From: Octopus vulgaris
Lineage: Eukaryota
Length of the DNA: 64,000 nucleotides
Assembly (NCBI GenBank): GCA_951406725.2
Contig: OX597829.1
Location: 19,530,001-19,594,000, forward strand
Reading direction: 5' to 3'
Shown: piece by piece, positions 56,910 to 64,000 of the stretch
How the letters are laid out: the number at the start of each line of letters is the position of its first letter
Numbering within the stretch: the first letter of the stretch is position 1
Program-made: the position numbers and the translations under genes
Notes under the pieces: model-generated
Told to the model about the DNA's origin: nothing
The model's input: only the letters and a program-made list of their open reading frames with translations
The model's database searches: none

Positions 56910-57883
56910 CTAGCTTAAAAGCCACCCTATTGGATGGCTTTTAAGGTAGCTCCTGTGGAGAGCTTTTCATTAGGCCTTGGGCCCAACAATGACACTTCAT
57001 GCATTGAGTATGTATTAAATTTTATTAAACTTGAACAATTTTCATCAAAACAATGATATAATTTGTCGACTTGGAACTTATTGCAAAACTGCATGATAAA
57101 CAACATGTTTCTGTCTTCCCATTCAGGGTCAGTACAAATAGCTTGCTTCTGTTCCCTACCCTTGAACAACCAATATATAGCTGGCTGTAGGCAACAATAA
57201 ACTTACCTTTTAAAAGTTCAACGATAATTCTTCTGCTGCCACTTAATTTAAAGACAATTTGATGTACTTTTTGTACAATTATTTGTAGTAGCTGGTACAT
57301 ACCTAAACTCCTGTTCATAGTTTGAAGGAAAATTACATCACTTTCGCTAAGCTCTATTTTAAAGTGTGATTTTTATGTTTGAAATTGCTCTAAACGTATT
57401 TGACCATAAAGATGTTTGAAATCTAGTATTTTTTAAGGTAATAATAAAATTAGTCAAATCTGTTTTCATGTAGTCGGAGTGTGCTAAGTTGCCATAGATC
57501 CGACAAATTTTATTAATATCTGAAAAAATACTAAGTTTCCAACATTTTTATGTTAGAGAGGTATGTATTTCAGTTCCGAATGTTATGATGCACATGTTAT
57601 GGTTAAATTACTTGATACAGTTATAATATTTAGAAAAAGATCTTTTCAAAATGTTTATTTTGCAAATAGTTATAATATTTAGAGAAATATTTATTTCAAA
57701 ATATTAGGATTAAGAAAAAAACCAAGAATGAAGAAAAGTAGAAGAGTTATTGAAATAGTGAGAGATGGGTAAAGCATGAGTAATAGTAGAAGTGTCATTG
57801 AATAGTGAGAGAGGGGGGGTCAAAGGAGTAAAGTTGAAAAAGTGTAACACACTGACATTCGTTTTCATATTTATTACTATAGA
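56910..57883 (-). mobile_element. Internally deleted Helitron retaining the C-terminus of the Pif1-like helicase
   Basis: Minus strand 5' A|TCtatagtaataaatatgaaaacgaatgtc; 3' aaaagccatcc..gggtggctttt hairpin + CTAG|T. Internal SQLYIGCSRVGNRSKLFVLTLNGKT matches the Helitron motif GQLYVACSRV. Confidence 0.8.
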
Positions 57884-58539
57884 TGTTTACATGTTCACTA
57901 TAAACATTTTGTCTTTAAATTTATCAAATCCTAGTTGATGAGGGCCATCCCTTTGAATCATTTCACATGCACACACACACTATCAAATTTAAGTGACAAA
58001 TTGTTTGTAATTATGTCAAGTGTGTAATTATCTCAATCCGATCATGGCTGTTGCCTGCCTCGCCTGGCACGTAAAAAGCACCCACTACACTCACAGAGTG
58101 GTTGGCATTAGAAAGGGCATCCAGCTGTAGAAACACTGCCAGATCAGACTGGAGCTTGATGCAGCCTTCTGGCTTCCCAGATCCCCAGTCGAACCGTCCA
58201 ACCCATGCTAGCATGGCGAACGGACGTTAAACGATGATGATGATGATGTGTATATATTTACTTGCTATGGTAATATTTGTGATTCTTGAATTCAATTATG
58301 AAGGCAGAACTGCCATGCATGACTGTAGTTGAAATTCCATGAAAGAACCAAAAGGCTCTTTCTTTTTATCATCCCAAGTGCTATTGAGGTCAATTTTGGC
58401 AGCTGAACGATCTATCTTGTATGAAAGGCAAAGAGTAAAAATAAAAAAATGAATAGTTTCTGCTAATTGGGGTATATTTTTTCCCCCTTAGAAATAATGG
58501 AAATAAACTGTATTTTAATTTCACAAATTTAGGTTCAGT

Positions 58540-59285
58540 TGTGGCTGAGTGGTAAGAAGCTTGCTTCTCAACCACATGTTCTCTGGGTTCAGTCCCACTG
58601 CATGGCACCTTGGGCAAGTGTCTTCTACAGCCAAAGCCTTGTGAGTGGATTTGGTGGATGGAAACTGAAAGAACCCCATCATATATATATGTGTGTGTGT
58701 TTGTCCCCCAACAATGCTTGACAACTGGTGTTGGTGCATTTACATCCCCTTTGGCTTAACAGTTTGGCAAAAAATACCTATAGAATAAGTACCAGGCTTA
58801 GCAGAAAAAAAAAAAAGAAAATTAAAAACTGAGATTGATTCATTTGACTAAAAATTCTTCAATTCTTCAAGGGGGCACCCCAGTATGGCCACACTCTAAT
58901 GACTGAAACAAATAAAAGATAAAAGATGTATATGGCACAGGAATGGCTGTGTGGTAGGATGTTTGCTTTCCAAACATGTGGTTTTGGGTTCAGTCCCACT
59001 ACATGATACTTTGGGCAAGTGTCTTCTACTATAGCCTGAAGCTGACCAAAGCTTTGTAAGTGGATTTGGGAGATAGAAACTGAAAGAAGCCTGTTGTATA
59101 CATGCATATATCTGTGTGTGTACTTTGTGTTTGTCCTCCAACACTGGTTGCCAAGCAGCGTTAGTTTGTTTATATCCCTGTAACTTAGCAGTTTGATAAA
59201 AGGAGAACAATAGAATAACTACAGGGGTCTGTTTGTTTGAGACTAAACCTATGAAGGCAGTGCCCCAGCAAGTGAAAGATAGATA
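58540..59285 (+). mobile_element. Two tandem family A SINEs
   Basis: Copies at ~58540-58925 and ~58933-59285. Confidence 0.8.
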
Positions 59286-59907
59286 AAAGAAATAATTAAA
59301 GTGTATGTATGTGTGTGCATATATGCATCTGTTCATTTATATAGAGATGACTTTGTCCATTGTACAACCTTCAAACTATTCCACCTTCCAAACTGCAGCT
59401 GGTTCTGTTGGTCCTTTGCTAAAAGGATTGCCACCAATTTTGAAGAATTCTTTTTTATACTATCATGCCTTTCATACCTGAAAAGATCCTTCAGCTGTCC
59501 AAATTGACCCCAATAGCACTTGTGTTCATTAAAGGAACAAAGCCTCTTGGTTCTTTCATGGAATTTCAACTTTTTTTATACCTTGCCCATTACAACAACA
59601 ATGATTCACTGAGCAGTACCCTTGTGGAGAAAGCCTCCACTTTCACTGACCACTTAATAGTTAACTCCATATGTGCACACACTCAGTAAATTTCCCACTT
59701 CCATTATTTCCCAGATTTCCAGATTTCCCACCTTGGTCCTTTAGCATTCAGATTATTTTGTCAAATGTATTGCTTATTTATTCTCATTGTTATGAACTAA
59801 TCATGCTTTATCTTGTACCTTCAAGATTTCAATAATAGGACTGGTTATTTTTAGAATGATATTAAAAGCTAGATGTGAAAGGCTGAATCTGGTCAAAAGG
59901 ATTTAGG

Positions 59908-59939
<32 letters not shown>

Positions 59940-60678
59940 TCAATATGTGACCGTGTGTGTATCATTGGCGATTTTTTTCCTCCATCTTCCCTTCCTTGGA
60001 TCTTTCCTATCCTATGTTTCTGACAAAGAGCTCCACTCAAAATGTTAAATCCTCCTTTGTTTCCTTTCCTGAGCGTCCAATAACACTATACTTGTTCCAC
60101 GTCCTCGCGTTGTTGTGTTTTCATGTTTGGATTAACTATATATATATATACATGTAAGGTATAAGATATATATATATATATGTATATCGTCCCACTCATG
60201 CTAGCATGGAAGACTTTTGTTAAATGATGATGATGATATACGTACCTTTCATTGCTTCAAAGTGACATGGTTACCAACTTTAACAATGTTCCTTAAAGCT
60301 TTGTAACCCTAGAAATTTCCTGTTATACTTACCAAATTCTCCAATATTTTCCTCTTTACAGGAATCTACTCTTATCCTTAGAATCATGCAATGGTATGTC
60401 TCATCCCCAAGAAAGACAATCTCTTTCACCCCACCAACTATCGCACTCACTTCCATTATTCTTATCCTTGTCATTCCATGTTCCTGCTATAACAGGAATA
60501 GCTTAGACATCTGCTGGATTCCCAGTAAAGCGGTAATGAACGCATTCAGGAAAAGAAGATGCAGTCATTTCTGTCTGTTACCTGCAATCTTGAGGTGTAT
60601 TTTTTTTTTTTTTTATCTAGTTTCAGCTCACGAGCTGTGGCCATGCTGGGGCACCGCCATATGCAACTGTTTTCGTCA

Positions 60679-60909
60679 GAAGGTGGCGAGCTGGCAGAAA
60701 CGTTAGCACGCCGGGCGAAATGCATAGCCGTATTTCGTCTGTCATTACGTTCTGAGTTCAAATTACGCCGAGGTCGACTTTGCCTTTCATCCTTTCGGGG
60801 TCGATAAATTAAGTACCATCTACGCACTGGGGTTGATGTAATCGACTAAATCCCTTTGTCTGTCCTTGTTTGTCCCCTCTGTGTTTAGCCCCTTGTGGGT
60901 AATAAAGAA
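60679..60909 (+). mobile_element. Family B SINE, well-preserved CpG-rich copy
   Basis: gaaggtggcgagctggcagaaacgttagcacgccgggcgaaatg...gttctgagttcaaatt...gcctttcatcctttcggggtcgataaattaagtacc...ccccttgtgggtaataaagaaa. Confidence 0.88.
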
Positions 60910-61590
60910 ATTTTTTTTTTTCCTTATGAGCTCAGGTGGAGGGTAAAGTTAGATGTAGGTGCCCACATAGGAGAGAATTAAGACAATGGAGAAAGCCATC
61001 AACAACAGCTTCTTCCAACACCTAGAATCTCTCTTTCTTTAATAACTACCAGTGCAGTGTCTGAAGCTCAATCCACTGGTGACTTACTCTCCTCTCTTAC
61101 CCATGTATATATATGCGTTTTACATCTTTTACCCATCACCCCTAAGAAGAAGTTTATGTAGATCTATGTTGGTCAATTATATATATGTAAGAGAAAATGG
61201 GATTTTAAAAAATCCTGGTAGATATCCATTAAGCACACAGTATAAAGGAATAAGGTTAAATTTCCATCAATCAGCTACCAGTAAATGTAAGTAGCATTCA
61301 AATCCCAGGTAAATACTTATGCATGACAGGTAAAGCCAACAATCCTTTTGTTGAATTTTAAGAAATTCAGTGTATTTAATGACAACAAAGAAAATCTTTT
61401 CTTTATTGTAGATCACACCTTAAAATTTTCTAAGGTGTGATGTACAATAGACATTTTATTTGTTGTTATTTATTATTGTCATTTTCATTATCTTTTAATG
61501 TCAGACTTCCATGCTAGCATGGATAGGAATATATATATGCCACACAACCACTCCTGTGCCTATGTATATATTTATATATATACATATACA

Positions 61591-62160
61591 TAGGCACAGG
61601 AGTGGCTGTATGGTAAGAAGCTTGCTTACCAACCACATGGTTCTGGCTTCAGTCCCACTGCATAGCACCTTGGACAAGTGTCTTCTACTATAGCCTTGGG
61701 CCAACCAAAGCCTTGTGAGTGGATTTGGTAGACGGAAACTGAAAGAAGCCTGTCATGTATATGTATGTATTTGTGTGTATGTGTTTGTCCCTCCCCCACT
61801 GTCGTTTGACAACTGAGGCTGGTGTAACTTAGAAGTTCAGCACAAGAGACCAATAGATTAAGTATTAGGCTTACAAAGAATAAGTCTTGGGATTGATTTG
61901 TTCGACTAAAGGCGGTGCTCCAGCATGGCTGCAGTCAAATGACTGAAACAAGTAGAAGGCGGTAAGCTGGCAGAAACGTTAGTATGCCAGGCAAAATGCT
62001 TAGCAGTATTTCGTCTGTCTTTATGTTCACAACTTTGCCTTTCATCCTTTTGGGGTCGATAAATTAAGTACCAGTTATGCACTGGGGTCAATGTAATCAG
62101 CTTAATCCCTTTGTCCTTGTTTGTCCCCTCTATGTTTAGCCCCTTGTGGGCAATAAAGAA
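61591..62160 (+). mobile_element. Family A SINE followed directly by a family B SINE
   Basis: A at ~61591-61953; B at ~61956-62160. Confidence 0.85.
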
Positions 62161-62778
62161 ATATGAAACAAGTACAAGAATAAAAGAATACATGTGTGTG
62201 TGTCTGAAAAACTTATTACAATTCCTCTCACGAGTTTCATTTGGTTTATCAAAGATTAGACTTTGGTTCTGAAGCATTTTACTATTATGTTTCTTCTCTC
62301 AGATTGCTAATGTATGTAGATCGAAGTCCTTGTATTTTTTTTCTTTTTTCTATCACAACTCCATTTACAATTAGCAAGCTTCATAGTATAATATCAAATT
62401 GATTTCAGTTCTTGACTGCTATTATATTTAATCAACTCTAGATTGAATTCTAGGAAATTTGAACTCAATGTAAAAGATTATAGCTAAATAACTATGCTTT
62501 AATAATAGAAGAAATCAATCACTGTCAGATTAATATATACTAACTGGACTGGTGAAAAATTCACAGAAAATATTTTAAAATGTAAGCATCTGTAAATTGT
62601 GTGCTTTTGTTATGAGATATGTCTCTATATTGTGACGCTTACAGAATATAGGAAGACATGTAAAACTGATAACTATATAATCCAACCAAACGTAAACAGA
62701 ATTACTATTTAACCTTAAAATACATCGTACATATTCAAAGAACCTTCTTGGTTTAGTGGTATGGAACGTTCTTATGGT

Positions 62779-63168
62779 ATTCTTTTACTTGTTTCAGTTA
62801 TTTGACTGTGGCCATATTTGACTGTGGCCATTAGTCGAGCAAATCGACCCCAGGACTTATTCTTTGTAAGCCTAGTACTTATTCTATTGGTCTCTCTTGC
62901 CGAACCACTAGATGATGGGGACATAAACACACCAGCATCGGTTGTCAAGCGATGTTTGGGGGGGGGAACATATACATACACACACACATATATATATATA
63001 TATACCACGGGCTTCTTTCAGTTTCTGTCTACCAAATCCACTCACTAGGCTTTGGTCGGCCAGAGGCTATAGTAGAAGACACTTGGAAGGTGCCATGCTG
63101 TGGGACTGAACCCAGAACCGATGTGGTTGGTAAGCAAGCTACTTACCACACAGCCACTCCTACGCCTA
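62779..63168 (-). mobile_element. Family A SINE, near full length
   Basis: Inverted relative to 61591-61953. Confidence 0.88.
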
Positions 63169-64000
63169 TATATATATATAGGTGTGTGTGTGTACATATA
63201 TATATAGACATACACACATATAAACACACACATATATATACATGTTATGTGGAGTGCCGGCATGATTGTAGTCCAACGAATGAAACCAGTGAGGGTATTA
63301 ATTATTTTTGCATAAGTAAAAGAAGAGAAGAAAAGTGAAAAACATTTTAGAGACATTTCATTCATGGTTATGTGTTTATTTTAATGGGGAAGGAGGAAAT
63401 GCCACAAAAACAAACTATCGTTCGGCGTCTGAAATTTAGGAAATACCATGATTCTCTAACATCTAAATATATTTTAATTTATTATGTTAATTAGCTTAAC
63501 ATGAATGTTGTTGTTTAAGTTTGCATTACTCCTGATGAAGCAAAAATATAATCAAAACAAGTTATAAGCGTGAGCAATGCGAATTTTTTTCTTCAGACAT
63601 AGTTTATCAAATGTGTCCTTCTAGGCATAATTTCAGGAAAATTTAGCTACTATTTCTAGCAGGTCGAGCCGCGCTCTAGGGATTGGTCGGTTCAAATGAA
63701 CGGCTAAACATTGACACTTAAATGTTCGTGTTTTTTATTCTGGCTTTTGTATTAATTTTAAGGAATCCCTACATAAGCGTGCATCCCGCAACCCGACTTT
63801 GTTTCCTCATAACTTTCAGAAAAAAGGGATACTTAATTATGAATTTTTCTACAAAACGCCTTTCAGATGGTGTAGATAATGATGATATTGGAATTTGAAG
63901 TGAGCAAAAAAAATTACTGGAAACACACACATACATACTGATACATATGACATATTTTTTAAAATTTCAGGTTTCATTTTGTAAATGTGTGTGTGTGAAT

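Noticed and set aside
59333-59700. Possible coding exon or LINE ORF remnant (similar texture at 14480-14900 and 60290-60560)
   Set aside because: Too degenerate to assign by eye; frames are interrupted and I see no diagnostic motif.
60679-60775. tRNA genes at SINE heads
   Set aside because: A/B-box-like heads run directly into SINE bodies and do not form a complete cloverleaf.

Overview
AT-rich eukaryotic genomic DNA, dense in SINEs, MITEs, Helitrons and (TA)n/(TACA)n/(CAT)n microsatellites; the repeat repertoire looks like an octopus (coleoid cephalopod), which is an inference. Nearly all ORFs in the supplied track are microsatellite or repeat artefacts. The one protein-coding gene I can support is the 3' part of a syntaxin-binding protein 4 (STXBP4/Synip) homologue on the + strand: 10 GT-AG exons between 1601 and 21106 that splice in frame and encode an EF-hand-like segment, a coiled coil and a C-terminal WW domain. 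The most unusual element is at ~29.96-31.9 kb: an array of roughly 30 bulged stem-loops with compensatory stem changes and variable U-rich linkers. G-U wobble patterns mostly favour the minus strand. The array lies just upstream of a canonical minus-strand poly(A) site (~28.96 kb) and downstream of candidate non-coding exons, suggesting a spliced, repeat-structured lncRNA convergent with STXBP4. Also notable: a Penelope-like GIY-YIG fragment whose inverted terminal repeats carry a minimal hammerhead ribozyme with a U3-A8 core variant, three more degenerate hammerhead-like repeats, and a 58-bp hairpin with A-C mismatches in the putative STXBP4 3' UTR. Repeat coordinates are approximate and only representative SINE copies are listed.
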